Shown: positions 9,034 to 18,680, numbered from the stretch's first letter. The stretch: DNA of 57,501 bases from an uncultured Clostridia bacterium (GCA_937915565.1 CALDMH010000108.1:1-57501), one strand, 5' to 3'. A program made the numbers and translations. The notes: generated by a model from the letters alone, not told the origin.

Positions 9034-10697
9034 AAACGGACATCGAAATTGCTCGCGAGTGCGAGATGAAAAAAATATCCGTTATTGCGGACGAACTCGG
9101 AATCGACGAGAAATACGTTGAAAATTACGGAAAATATAAAGCAAAAATCGATTTATCCTATTTCGAGGGCAAGCCGAGAAAAGGCAAGCTCGTGCTCGTT
9201 ACGGCAATTACGCCCACGCCTGCGGGGGAGGGCAAAACCACCACGACGCTCGGGCTTGCGGACGGACTTAAAAGAATAGGCAAAAGCGTCGTTGCGGCTC
9301 TTCGCGAGCCGTCGCTCGGCCCCGTTTTCGGCGTGAAAGGCGGCGCGGCGGGCGGCGGATACGCACAAGTCGTGCCTATGGAGGATATAAACCTTCATTT
9401 CACGGGCGATTTCCACGCAATCGGCGCGGCGAATAACCTTCTTGCCGCAATGCTCGATAACCATATTCAGCAAGGCAACGAACTCGGGATAGACGTGAGA
9501 AAAATCACCTGGAAGAGATGCGTGGATATGAACGACCGCCAGCTCAGGTTCATCGTGGACGGCCTTGGCGGCAAGCCGAACGGCACTCCGCGCGAGGACG
9601 GTTTTAAGATTACCGTCGCTTCCGAAATTATGGCCGTTCTTTGCCTTTCCACGTCGTTGATGGACTTAAAGGCCAACTTATCGAAGATAATCGTCGGTTA
9701 CACTTATGACGATAAACCCGTTACGGCAGGCGATTTGAAGGCGGCGGGAGCTATGACGGCTCTTTTGAAAGACGCCTTAAAGCCCAACCTCGTTCAAACG
9801 CTCGAAGGCACGCCGGCGTTCGTTCACGGCGGACCGTTTGCAAACATAGCGCACGGTTGCAATTCCGTTATAGCAACGGACGCCGCGCTTAAAACCGCGG
9901 ATTATGCGGTGACGGAGGCGGGCTTCGGCGCGGACCTCGGCGCGGAGAAATTCTTTGATATAAAGTGCAGAAAAGCGGGGCTCGTTCCGTCTGCCGTGGT
10001 TATCGTGGCAACGGTGAGGGCGTTGAAAATGCACGGCGGAGTTGCGAAAACCGAGCTTGCGAGCGAAAATATCGCCGCGCTCGAAAAAGGCGTTCCCAAT
10101 CTTTTAAGACATATAAGCAATATCAAAAACGTTTACAAACTGCCGTGCGTCGTGGCCGTTAATCGCTTCCCGACGGATACGGACGGAGAGATAAATTTCA
10201 TCATCGAAAAGTGCCGCGAACTGAACGTAAACGTGGTTTTATCCACCGTTTGGGCGGAAGGCGGCAAAGGCGGCGAGGCTCTCGCGCGCGAAGTCGTTCG
10301 CTTAACGGAAGAGGAAAAAGGCGATTTCGCTTACGCTTACGAAAACGAGGCGTCAATCGAGGAGAAAATCGAAGCCGTAACGAAAAAAGTTTACGGCGGC
10401 GACGGGGTTGCGTTTACTTCGCAGGCGAAAAAGCAAATCGAAAGGCTCAACGCGCTCGGATTTTCAAAATTGCCCGTTTGCATTGCGAAAACGCAGTATA
10501 GCTTTTCGGACGACGCGGCTCTTCTCGGCGCGCCGAGCGGATTTAAAATAACGGTCAGGAACGTGGAAATTTCGGCGGGGGCAGGGTTTATCGTCGTTTT
10601 AACGGGCGATATTATGACTATGCCGGGGCTTCCGAAAAGGCCTGCCGCGGAGAATATCGACGTGAACGAAAAAGGTGAAATAACAGGATTGTTTTGA
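9030..10697 (+). CDS. fhs: formate--tetrahydrofolate ligase
   Basis: Motifs [21 protein letters not shown] and [11 protein letters not shown]. The ATG at 9030 overlaps the upstream stop codon (ATGA) and follows AGGAGG. The ORF-track start at 9006 is less likely. Confidence 0.95.
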   Translation: MKTDIEIARECEMKKISVIADELGIDEKYVENYGKYKAKIDLSYFEGKPRKGKLVLVTAITPTPAGEGKTTTTLGLADGLKRIGKSVVAALREPSLGPVFGVKGGAAGGGYAQVVPMEDINLHFTGDFHAIGAANNLLAAMLDNHIQQGNELGIDVRKITWKRCVDMNDRQLRFIVDGLGGKPNGTPREDGFKITVASEIMAVLCLSTSLMDLKANLSKIIVGYTYDDKPVTAGDLKAAGAMTALLKDALKPNLVQTLEGTPAFVHGGPFANIAHGCNSVIATDAALKTADYAVTEAGFGADLGAEKFFDIKCRKAGLVPSAVVIVATVRALKMHGGVAKTELASENIAALEKGVPNLLRHISNIKNVYKLPCVVAVNRFPTDTDGEINFIIEKCRELNVNVVLSTVWAEGGKGGEALAREVVRLTEEEKGDFAYAYENEASIEEKIEAVTKKVYGGDGVAFTSQAKKQIERLNALGFSKLPVCIAKTQYSFSDDAALLGAPSGFKITVRNVEISAGAGFIVVLTGDIMTMPGLPKRPAAENIDVNEKGEITGLF

Positions 10698-10704
10698 TTT
10701 TTAT

Positions 10705-10748
10705 AACGCCGCGGGAAAATTTTTCAAGAAATTTTCCCGCGGCGTTTT
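10705..10748 (+). terminator. strong rho-independent terminator after fhs
   Basis: Perfect 18-bp stem AACGCCGCGGGAAAATTT/AAATTTTCCCGCGGCGTT with a 6-nt loop, running into TTTT. Confidence 0.85.
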
Positions 10749-10865
10749 GGCAAGACGAGCGAAAATTGCGGTGTTTTAACAAGACAAGCGGAAATTACGG
10801 CATTTTGGCAAATAGCGTTTCATTTTCGGCAGACATAATTTTATTTTCGGCAAGCATAGCTCACG
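10745..10865. repeat. degenerate tandem array (2 x 29 bp, then 3 x 20-21 bp) of TTTTSGCAAG-type units
   Basis: Units start at 10745, 10774, 10803, 10823 and 10844. Confidence 0.6.
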
Positions 10866-10948
10866 AGAGCAAAAAATGTCAGGATTTTTTATTTTCCGAG
10901 TAGTATAATGGCCACGCTGACGAACGGAGAGCAAAAGGACGGCAGGGT

Positions 10949-11815
10949 ATGGATTACGTTAAGAATTTTCAAAAGGCGATTGATTACGTCGAGGAAAACC
11001 TGAAAAACGAGATAGATTATTCCGAAGTTGCAAAAAGGGCTTATCTTTCGGAGTTTCATTTTCAAAAACTGTTTCTCGTTTTAACGGGTATGACCTTGGG
11101 CGACTATATTCGCAGCAGAAAACTTGCGGCTGCTGCGGCGGAGCTTCGCGGCGGGGATAAGAAAGTGATAGACGTCGCGCTCGATTACGGCTACGAATCT
11201 CCCGAAAGTTTTTCAAGAGCCTTTACGAAATTTCACGGCGTTACGCCCAACGCCGCAAAAAAGGGCGCAAAAACCGTTGCGTTTAACAAACTCACCGTAA
11301 AAATTACCGTCAGCGGAGGTAGTTTAATGGATTATAGAATAGAAAATTTGGGCAGTATGAAGCTCGTTTGCAGAAAGGAGCGTTTTTTAAAACGACACGA
11401 AACGACTTCGGTTGCAATATCGAAATTCTGGGCTAAATGCCAAAAAGAGGGTTACACCGAAAAAATTTGCAGGCACATTCCCAAAGACCCCGTGCTTAAA
11501 GGGCTTCTCGGCATAAGCTTTTCCGCCGAGGGAAAAGACAGCGATTCTTTCCCTTACGCCATAGCGAGTGAATATCGCGGAGAACTGGTTGAGGACGGAC
11601 TCGAAGTTATAGACCTTCCCGCCGCAAAGTACGCCGTTTTCACCGCAAAAGGTAAAATGCCCGAGGCGTTCGTAAACACTTATTCGAGAATAATAAAGGA
11701 ATTTTTCGTTCAAAGCGGTTACGAATACGCAAACGGAGCGGAAATCGAGGTCTATCCTTCCGACGACACGCAGAACCCCGATTACACTTGCGAAATATGG
11801 GTTGCCGTTAAATAA
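10949..11815 (+). CDS. AraC-family transcriptional regulator with C-terminal GyrI-like effector-binding domain
   Basis: The N-terminal double HTH carries the signature GYESPESFSRAFTKFHGVTP. The C-terminal ~160 aa resemble GyrI/Rob-type small-molecule-binding domains. Confidence 0.8.
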   Translation: MDYVKNFQKAIDYVEENLKNEIDYSEVAKRAYLSEFHFQKLFLVLTGMTLGDYIRSRKLAAAAAELRGGDKKVIDVALDYGYESPESFSRAFTKFHGVTPNAAKKGAKTVAFNKLTVKITVSGGSLMDYRIENLGSMKLVCRKERFLKRHETTSVAISKFWAKCQKEGYTEKICRHIPKDPVLKGLLGISFSAEGKDSDSFPYAIASEYRGELVEDGLEVIDLPAAKYAVFTAKGKMPEAFVNTYSRIIKEFFVQSGYEYANGAEIEVYPSDDTQNPDYTCEIWVAVK

Positions 11816-11845
11816 TTCGTTTTCGCAAAATAAACGCGGAATATA

Positions 11846-11950
11846 GTTAAATAACGAAGCGTTTTAAACCGCGAATTGTCGCTAAATAACGATGCGTTTT
11901 AAATTGCGGTTTATCGCTAAATAACGCGGTTTGCCGCATAATAAAACGGA
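11846..11950. repeat. three tandem copies of a 35-bp unit (GYTAAATAACGAWGCGTTTTAAAYYGCG...)
   Basis: TAAATAACG occurs at 11848, 11883 and 11918 (period 35). Confidence 0.75.
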
Positions 11951-12008
11951 CTGCCACAACGTGAACGCGGGTTTCCGCTTTATAATTTAAAAACTTAAAA
12001 AATTTCGC

Positions 12009-12038
12009 AACGCCGCAGGTTTTTGCCTGCGGCGTTTT
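12009..12038 (+). terminator. rho-independent terminator
   Basis: 11-bp stem AACGCCGCAGG/CCTGCGGCGTT with a TTTTTG loop, running into TTTTAAAA. Confidence 0.7.
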
Positions 12039-12050
12039 AAAACGTGGGGC

Positions 12051-12063
12051 TATAAGTCGATTA
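12051..12063 (-). repeat. copy of the 13-nt word TAATCGACTTATA
   Basis: The plus strand reads TATAAGTCGATTA. It is intergenic and flanked by CGTTTTT on the plus strand and an A-run/T-run frame on the minus strand. Confidence 0.9.
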
Positions 12064-12248
12064 ACGGGCGTTTTTCGGCTTCATCGGCAACAATCGGACG
12101 GCAAAAAGGCGTATTGAAATTTTCAAAATGGGAATAAAAAACTTGTCGCTTCTATTGCTTTTTATATAAAAATATAGTAAAATATACGTAATATATATAA
12201 ACTGCGGTAGTCTAACCGCGAGCGTTCGGGCGTTTCTCTCGTCGGCAG

Positions 12249-12303
12249 TTCGATAATGATTCGATAAAGATTCGATAAAGAATCGATACGGGTTCGATGA
12301 AGA
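12249..12303. repeat. five perfectly phased 11-bp tandem repeats (TTCGATAAAGA consensus)
   Basis: Units start at 12249, 12260, 12271, 12282 and 12293. The array ends 50 nt upstream of the ATG at 12353. Confidence 0.9.
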
Positions 12304-12352
12304 AAAGTTTACGACAAGCCCCCTCGTAAAAAACGTTTGAAGAAAAGGCATT

Positions 12353-13858
12353 ATGGAAGTGACTTTGTCGGAAATAAAAAATAAAATTGAAAAGTTTGCA
12401 ACGAAACCGTCGTTCGTATTCGTGGTTTGCGCCGTTGCGTTTATATTTCACGCCCTTGCTTTCGACGTTGCGGGTTTGCTTCTTTTCGGCATAGTCGGGG
12501 GGATTTTTCTCGTTGCGTTCGACGATTCTCGCCCCGCTCTTACCGTAATTCTTTTTACGATTTTTATCGTTTCCACGCAAAACAGCACGGGTTTCCCCAC
12601 GAGTAGTCACGAGGGCTGTTATTATTATAGAAAATCCACGTTGATTCCGCTTGCCGTTTGCGGCTGTTTTTTGGTCGGCTGTATGGCGGTGCGGTGCGTT
12701 AAACACAGGAAGAATTTCGCCTCCGCGAAGTTTACGTTGCCGCTCGTTGCGGTTTCCGTGTCGATGCTGCTTTCGGGCGTCGTCGGCGCGGCGGAAAACG
12801 ATTACGGAAAAAGCGTGTTGTTTTCTCTTATCGCGGTCGGCTCTTATCTGGGGCTATACGTCGCTTTGACGGGAATAATCGACGGAGCGGACGGGCTTTT
12901 GGATTATTCGATGACGCTTTTGTCGGGAATCGCGTTGATAATTTCCCTCGAAGTGCTGTACGTTTATTTTCTCAATCTTCTTCCGCCATTCGAGTTTCTT
13001 CCCGAAAATTGGAGAAAATGTATGCGCGCGGGAGAGAATTTCGGGTTTTCGATTACCTATTGGAAAATCTTTATCGTAACCGGTTGCGGGGTGAGCAATC
13101 AGTCCGGCGAAATGATTGCGTTTTTACTTCCCGCCGTGTTTTATAAAATTCTCAAAACCGAGAAATATTTGGGTTATCATATAATCGCGCTGATTGCCTC
13201 GGCTTCAATCGTTTTAACTTTTTCGAGAACGGGCATCGCCGTCGGGGGGACGCTTTTCGTCGTATTAACCGTCGTAACCGCCGTGAAACTTGAAAAAAAG
13301 AAGTTGTTTATCGGCGTTTCTTCGGCCGTTGCCGCAATCGGAATCGCGCTTTTCACCGCGTTGTGTTTAATTCCCGATTCGCCTCTTCTGAGATATATTC
13401 TTCCGAGCAAAGGCCCGGGGCTTAACGGCCGTTACGAACTTTGGAAAACGGCAATCGAATATTTCAAAGAGATGCCGCTTTTCGGCAGGGGGTACGCGTA
13501 TCCTTATCTGGATTCGCGGTTTGTCGAAAGGTTCGGACCGTCGGTAAGTGTATTTCGTTCGTTGTTCCACAATTTCGTGTTTCAGGAAATTGCTTCGGGC
13601 GGAATCGTAGGAGTCGCCGCGTTGGGTTATGCAACCGTAAGCGTTTTTTGGCGGCTGATAAAGGAAAAATACGAAGGAAAGTTTTACTTTTTGTGTTTTA
13701 TAATCGCTTTTGCGGTTGTTTCGTCGTTTGATATTTTGTATTTCATACCCTATTACGTTCTTTTTCTTATGTTCGTAATAGTATTGGCGGAGAAGGGAAT
13801 AGAAAAAACCAAAACGCACCCTTTGGAGGTACGCAAAGATGAGCGAAAAAAAGCTTAG
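12353..13858 (+). CDS. polytopic membrane protein, O-antigen ligase/polymerase (Wzy_C)-like
   Basis: It has about 11-12 predicted TM helices and a central FSRTGIAVGG loop region of the kind seen in the O-antigen ligase family. This is weak motif-level evidence only. Confidence 0.55.
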   Translation: MEVTLSEIKNKIEKFATKPSFVFVVCAVAFIFHALAFDVAGLLLFGIVGGIFLVAFDDSRPALTVILFTIFIVSTQNSTGFPTSSHEGCYYYRKSTLIPLAVCGCFLVGCMAVRCVKHRKNFASAKFTLPLVAVSVSMLLSGVVGAAENDYGKSVLFSLIAVGSYLGLYVALTGIIDGADGLLDYSMTLLSGIALIISLEVLYVYFLNLLPPFEFLPENWRKCMRAGENFGFSITYWKIFIVTGCGVSNQSGEMIAFLLPAVFYKILKTEKYLGYHIIALIASASIVLTFSRTGIAVGGTLFVVLTVVTAVKLEKKKLFIGVSSAVAAIGIALFTALCLIPDSPLLRYILPSKGPGLNGRYELWKTAIEYFKEMPLFGRGYAYPYLDSRFVERFGPSVSVFRSLFHNFVFQEIASGGIVGVAALGYATVSVFWRLIKEKYEGKFYFLCFIIAFAVVSSFDILYFIPYYVLFLMFVIVLAEKGIEKTKTHPLEVRKDERKKA

Positions 13859-15005
13859 AGTGGTTTTCCCGTTCGTGGAAGCCGGCTTCGGGCATATTAT
13901 GGCGGAGAAGTCCATTGCCGACGCATTTGAAAAAAAATACGGGCAATATTTTGAAATCGTGCGTTCCGATTTCTTTAAGGAAACGGGCAGCGAGGCTATG
14001 GCGAAGTTTGAAAAAAGGCTTTGCAACGAGGTTCGTTTATACAATAAATATAACGCGTACGGCTATCTTAACATTGCCTGTATGAATTTTTTCGGTGAAA
14101 AAATATCGAGTAAATTCGTTATGTCGGGGCTTTATAAGAACCTTTATAAGGATTCTATGGAGCATATGCGCGAGCTTAAACCGGATTGCGTGGTTTCAAC
14201 CCATTGGGCAACGAATTATTACGCCGAGCATCTTAATCCGAAGCCTTACACGGTTATGTACGGGCCGGACGCGCATCTCAACGCGATGTTCCGTTACCCG
14301 TGCGACCTCGATATGATTTCGATAAAAGAGGGCTACGACAGAGCTCTTAAAAATTTCCCGCGGAGGTTCAACGAGGATAACTTGAAACTCGTTCCCACGG
14401 CAATCAGAGAAGAGGCGTTTCACGTTGAACGCGATAAATCCGTTTTGCGCAAAAAGCTCGGAATGGACGACCGTTTCACCGTTATCGTGATGGAGGGCGG
14501 CTACGGAATCGGGTTGACCGAAAAGATTTGCAATCTCGTTATAGAAAAGGATTTGCCGATTAACCTCGTTGCCGTATGCGGCAAAAATCCCGAGCTGAAA
14601 ACAAGGCTCGATTTGCTTAAATCCAAGGGGAAAACAGCGTTTTATCCCTTCGAGTTCTGCGAGAATATTCTCGAATACATCTCCGCTTCCGACCTTTATC
14701 TCGGCAAGAGCGGCAGCGGGATTTTAGAGCCGGCGTTTTTCCACGTTCCGATTGTCGTAACGCATTCGGCAAACACGATTGAGAAGCTTATTGCCGAGCA
14801 TTACGTTTCTCACGTCGGCGACGCGATAAGGATTTTCGACGCCGTAAATTGCGTTGATTTTATCGAACGGGCTTATTCCGGAAGTTCGGAGGTTTTCCTT
14901 AAAATGCAGCGTTCCGTCGATAAACTTCAAGATTTCGGCGGCGAGGGAATAGCGGACGAAATATTTAAAAAACTTAGCGTAAAATTTAAACTTACCGCCG
15001 AATAA
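13839..15005 (+). CDS. glycosyltransferase, MGDG-synthase/UgtP-like (GT28-type)
   Basis: The N-terminal motif EAGFGHIMAEKSI matches the GxGH motif of MGDG_synth domains, and a C-terminal GT-B half is present. A GGAGG RBS precedes it. It overlaps the upstream gene by 20 nt. Confidence 0.7.
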   Translation: MSEKKLRVVFPFVEAGFGHIMAEKSIADAFEKKYGQYFEIVRSDFFKETGSEAMAKFEKRLCNEVRLYNKYNAYGYLNIACMNFFGEKISSKFVMSGLYKNLYKDSMEHMRELKPDCVVSTHWATNYYAEHLNPKPYTVMYGPDAHLNAMFRYPCDLDMISIKEGYDRALKNFPRRFNEDNLKLVPTAIREEAFHVERDKSVLRKKLGMDDRFTVIVMEGGYGIGLTEKICNLVIEKDLPINLVAVCGKNPELKTRLDLLKSKGKTAFYPFEFCENILEYISASDLYLGKSGSGILEPAFFHVPIVVTHSANTIEKLIAEHYVSHVGDAIRIFDAVNCVDFIERAYSGSSEVFLKMQRSVDKLQDFGGEGIADEIFKKLSVKFKLTAE

Positions 15006-15015
15006 TCGACTTATA
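15003..15015 (+). repeat. copy of the 13-nt word TAATCGACTTATA
   Basis: Exact match. Its first TAA is the stop codon of the glycosyltransferase gene. It is followed by GACGGCTTTTT and lies 46 nt upstream of the der ATG. Confidence 0.9.
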
Positions 15016-15060
15016 GACGGCTTTTTGCAGGTTGATTGAAAGGCGAATCGAGGTGATAAA

Positions 15061-16392
15061 ATGGCAAACAACAATAAACCGCTCGTCGCGATAGTCGGCA
15101 GGCCGAACGTCGGAAAGTCGACGTTTTTCAATAAGGTTACGGGGCAAAAACTGTCAATCGTAGAGGATACCCCCGGCGTCACGCGCGACAGACTTTATGC
15201 AGACGCGGAATGGTGCGGAAAAACTTTTACGCTCATCGATACGGGCGGAATAGAAATCAAATCGCAGGACGAAATGTGGACGCATATCAAAAAACAGGCG
15301 ACCATAGCCATCGAAACTGCGGACGTGGTTATTTTCTTTTGCGACGCGAAAACGGGGCTCACCGCTTCCGATTACGACGTTGCCGAAATTTTGCGCCGTT
15401 CGGGCAAGCCGATTGTTCTTGCCGTAAACAAACTCGATAATTATAAGGTTGAAGTTCTTTTCGATTTTTACGAACTCGGGCTCGGTCAGCCGATAGGTAT
15501 TTCGGCAGAGCAGTCGAAAGGAATAGGCGACCTTTTGGACGAGGTTTGCGCTCATTTCAAGCCCGTTGAAGAGGAAGAGGACGGCGAAAGGCTTAAAATC
15601 GCCATCGTCGGAAAGCCGAACGCGGGCAAATCGAGGCTCACCAACGCCCTTCTCGGTTACGACAGGACTATCGTTTCCGATATTGCGGGAACGACGAGGG
15701 ACGCTATCGACACGCCTTTGGAAGTTGACGGCAAGAAATATACGTTAATCGATACGGCGGGGGTAAGAAGGAAGCGTTCGGTCACCGAGGACCTCGAATA
15801 TTACAGCGTTTTGCGTTCGTTTGCGGCAATTCGCCGCGCGGACGTGTGCTTAATCGTTATCGACGCTTCGGAAGGACTTACCGAGCAGGACGTTAAAATA
15901 GCCGGCTACGTTCACGAGCAGGGCAAGCCGTCGGTTATCGTTATGAACAAGTGGGACAAGGTCGAAAAGGATACCCACACGATAAACGAATACGAAAACA
16001 AGCTTAAATGCGACCTTGCGTTTATGGATTATTTCAAGTCGGTTTACGTTTCCGCCAAAAGCGGCCAAAGGACGAATAAACTTTTCGGCCTTTGCGAAGA
16101 GGTTTACGCCAACGCGAACAAACGCATCACCACCGGCACGCTTAACGACGTAATTTCGGACGCGGTGCGCGCCAACGAACCGCCCACGAAGAACGGAAGA
16201 AGATTTAAAATTTACTATTGCGTTCAGGACGGAGTTTGCCCGCCGACGTTCATTTTGTTCGTAAATTCTGCCGACCTTATGCACTTCTCGTATAAGAGAT
16301 ATATTGAAAACACGATAAGAAAAACGTTTGGTTTCGAGGGGACGCCAATTCGTATTTTCGTGCACGAAAAACAGGAAGAAAGCCCTCAATAA
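15061..16392 (+). CDS. der: ribosome-associated GTPase Der (EngA)
   Basis: Two G domains (GRPNVGKST ... DTGG; GKPNAGKS ... DTAG ... NKWD) plus a KH-like C-terminus. Confidence 0.95.
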   Translation: MANNNKPLVAIVGRPNVGKSTFFNKVTGQKLSIVEDTPGVTRDRLYADAEWCGKTFTLIDTGGIEIKSQDEMWTHIKKQATIAIETADVVIFFCDAKTGLTASDYDVAEILRRSGKPIVLAVNKLDNYKVEVLFDFYELGLGQPIGISAEQSKGIGDLLDEVCAHFKPVEEEEDGERLKIAIVGKPNAGKSRLTNALLGYDRTIVSDIAGTTRDAIDTPLEVDGKKYTLIDTAGVRRKRSVTEDLEYYSVLRSFAAIRRADVCLIVIDASEGLTEQDVKIAGYVHEQGKPSVIVMNKWDKVEKDTHTINEYENKLKCDLAFMDYFKSVYVSAKSGQRTNKLFGLCEEVYANANKRITTGTLNDVISDAVRANEPPTKNGRRFKIYYCVQDGVCPPTFILFVNSADLMHFSYKRYIENTIRKTFGFEGTPIRIFVHEKQEESPQ

Positions 16393-16400
16393 GTCGATTA
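16389..16400 (-). repeat. 12/13 copy of the word TAATCGACTTATA
   Basis: The plus strand reads ATAAGTCGATTA. Its TAA (16390-16392) is the der stop codon. AGTCG/CGACT can form a 5-bp hairpin followed by TTTTT. Confidence 0.8.
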
Positions 16401-16434
16401 ACGCGACTTTTTGCCGCGAAATAAGGAGTTTGTT

Positions 16435-17823
16435 ATGAGTTATTTGAAGGACGATTTTTTGCTTGAAAACAAAACCGCGGTAAGGCTTTACGAAACCTAC
16501 GCGAAGAATATGCCTATCTTCGATTATCACTGCCACCTGCCCGAGAAGCAAATTCTCGAAAATAAAAAATTCAACGATATTTACGAGGTATGGCTCGGCG
16601 GCGACCATTATAAATGGCGTCTTATGCGCAATTATGGGGTGAGCGAGGAGCTTATCACGGGAAGCGCGAGCAATCACGATAAGTTCGTTGCGTATTGCAA
16701 AACGCTCGGCACGGCTTTCGGAAATCCGCTTTATCACTGGTCGCAACTCGAACTGAAAGAATTTTTTAACTGCGAACTTGAAATTAACGAAGAAAACGCC
16801 GAAACAATCTGGAATTGGTGCAACGATTTTATTTCGCTTAACGACGTAACGCCCCAAAAACTTATCGAAAACTCCGGCGTTTGCTGTGTGTTTACGACGA
16901 ACGAGGTTTTCGACGACCTCACGACTTTTGAAAAAATTGCCGAAAAAGGGTATAAATTTAAGGTTTATCCCGCGTTCCGCGCCGATAAAATTATGAACGT
17001 CGAGGCGGAGAAATATAACGATTTCGTAAAGCTTTTGGAGGAAAAAACGGAGAAAATCGACGATATGGCGTCGCTTGAACGCGCCCTCGAAGCGAGGTTG
17101 GACGCGTTTATAAAAGTCGGTTCGAGAGCTTGCGATATTGCGCTCGAAAAGGTTTTTCCCGTTGCAAAACGAGAGGACGCGGAAAAGGCGTTCAAAAAGC
17201 GCAGGAGCGGCGAAACGCTTGACGAAGCGGAAGTTGAAATTTTCAAAGGCTACCTCACTTATTTCCTTATGAAACTTTATGCAAAGCGCGGAATGGCAAC
17301 CGAAATTCATATCGGGGCGATGCGTAACAACAACGCCGAAATGCTTGCAAAGCTCGGTCTGGATACCGGTTACGACAGTATTTCGGAGGCCGACAGCACG
17401 AAGAATTTATCGAGGTTGTTTGATAGGTTAAACAGCGAAAAGTCCCTGCCGAAGTCGATTATCTTCAATTTGAACCCCAAGATGAACAACGAGCTTATAA
17501 CGCTTGCAAGCTGTTTCCAGTCCGACGAGGCGCGCGGAAAAATCCAGTACGGACCTGCCTGGTGGTTTTTGGATAACAAGGTGGGAATGTATCGTCACCT
17601 CGACGACCTCACTGCAACGGGGCATATAGGCGCATTTATTGGAATGCTTACGGACAGCCGTTCGTTCCTTTCTTATCCTCGTCATCATTATTTCCGCCGC
17701 ATACTTTGCAATTATCTCGGCACGCTTATGGAAAAGGGCGAAATGACGGCGGACGAGGAACTCGTCGGCGAAGTGATTAAGGACGTGTGCTACCGCAACG
17801 CCGCCGCATATTTCAAAATTTGA
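16435..17823 (+). CDS. uxaC: glucuronate isomerase
   Basis: N-terminus MSYLKDDFLL.N..A..LY and the motif PIFDYHCHL. The length is ~462 aa from the ATG at 16435, which follows AAGGAG. Confidence 0.9.
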   Translation: MSYLKDDFLLENKTAVRLYETYAKNMPIFDYHCHLPEKQILENKKFNDIYEVWLGGDHYKWRLMRNYGVSEELITGSASNHDKFVAYCKTLGTAFGNPLYHWSQLELKEFFNCELEINEENAETIWNWCNDFISLNDVTPQKLIENSGVCCVFTTNEVFDDLTTFEKIAEKGYKFKVYPAFRADKIMNVEAEKYNDFVKLLEEKTEKIDDMASLERALEARLDAFIKVGSRACDIALEKVFPVAKREDAEKAFKKRRSGETLDEAEVEIFKGYLTYFLMKLYAKRGMATEIHIGAMRNNNAEMLAKLGLDTGYDSISEADSTKNLSRLFDRLNSEKSLPKSIIFNLNPKMNNELITLASCFQSDEARGKIQYGPAWWFLDNKVGMYRHLDDLTATGHIGAFIGMLTDSRSFLSYPRHHYFRRILCNYLGTLMEKGEMTADEELVGEVIKDVCYRNAAAYFKI

Positions 17824-17885
17824 TTTAAAGCCGCGGAAAAGAGAGTTAAGCGGCGGATTACGTGCATAATTATTGTTAAAAACGC

Positions 17886-17914
17886 TTGACAATATTTTAC
17901 TCGGTTGTTATAAT
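17886..17914 (+). promoter_or_regulatory. sigma-70-type promoter with extended -10, upstream of rpsU
   Basis: TTGACA (17886-17891), a 17-nt spacer, then TGtTATAAT (-10 at 17909-17914). Confidence 0.7.
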
Positions 17915-17960
17915 ATATACGCTTTTAACGTTGAGCCACGGGCAAAGGAGGGTTGAGGAT

Positions 17961-18140
17961 ATGTCCACTATAAGAGTCGGAGAGAACGAGTCGCTCGATA
18001 ACGCGCTTCGTAGATTTAAGAGAAAGTGTTCCAGAGACGGTATTATCGGTGATTTGCGCCGTAAAGAGCATTATGAAAAACCTTCCGTCAGACGTAAAAA
18101 GAAGGCGGAAGCTGCAAGAAAGAGAAGCATTAAAGGCTAA
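17961..18140 (+). CDS. rpsU: 30S ribosomal protein S21 (bS21)
   Basis: The 59-aa product carries [14 protein letters not shown] and EHYEKPS motifs. The ATG at 17961 follows AAAGGAGGG. The ORF-track start at 17886 coincides with the promoter -35 box. Confidence 0.93.
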   Translation: MSTIRVGENESLDNALRRFKRKCSRDGIIGDLRRKEHYEKPSVRRKKKAEAARKRSIKG

Positions 18141-18174
18141 TCTTCATTAAAACTTAAAACTGAAAACGTTTTTT

Positions 18175-18207
18175 ACACCCGAAGAAATCGTTCGGGTGTA
18201 TTTTTTT
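18175..18207 (+). terminator. rho-independent terminator after rpsU
   Basis: Stem ACACCCGAA/TTCGGGTGT, 7-nt loop, then ATTTTTTT. Confidence 0.85.
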
Positions 18208-18242
18208 GCCCGAAACATTTTTAACAGGGAGGAATAAAATAT

Positions 18243-18650
18243 ATGGTTACTGCGAAAAGTATCAAATCGGCGGCAAAAGAGGCAAAACAACGTTTGAAAT
18301 CGAGATTTTGGGAAGATTATCGCAAAGAGGTGGAAAGCGGAGTTAAAAAAGCCGAGGCGGAAGGATTAACTGCTTCGGGAGTTGAAAACTATTTCAGGAA
18401 AATGGTGGTGAGAACGGTGAACAAACCCGCCGAGGACGACGAGCGGTTTTATAACGAAGTTAAAACTATGCTCGACGAAGAAGGCTCGAAGCCATCCGAC
18501 GCACTCGACAGGCTTATGGATAAAAAGGTTTTTTATTCGCTCGATTACGTTCAGCGCGAACGCTACCTGTTCGTTTTATCCGAGAAATACCTTTCGTGTC
18601 TTAATCGTTACGACGAGGAAAGAGGGATTGAAAAGCGGCTGGGAAAGTAA
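18243..18650 (+). CDS. hypothetical protein (135 aa, highly charged, helical)
   Basis: A good RBS (GGGAGG) lies 8 nt upstream. The gene has its own terminator-like hairpin downstream. No family motif was recognised. Confidence 0.6.
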   Translation: MVTAKSIKSAAKEAKQRLKSRFWEDYRKEVESGVKKAEAEGLTASGVENYFRKMVVRTVNKPAEDDERFYNEVKTMLDEEGSKPSDALDRLMDKKVFYSLDYVQRERYLFVLSEKYLSCLNRYDEERGIEKRLGK

Positions 18651-18680
18651 CGGAAAAGTTGTAAGATAAAAACGTAAAAA

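Noticed and set aside
15850-17310. A 486-aa antisense ORF spanning the der 3' end, the der-uxaC spacer and the uxaC 5' half.
   Set aside because: - It lies opposite two strongly recognisable conserved genes.
- It crosses an intergenic spacer.
- It has low-complexity F/R/N/K/V-rich composition, no RBS and no family motif.
- Long antisense ORFs are common throughout this window and are probably a by-product of codon usage that avoids the reverse complements of stop codons.
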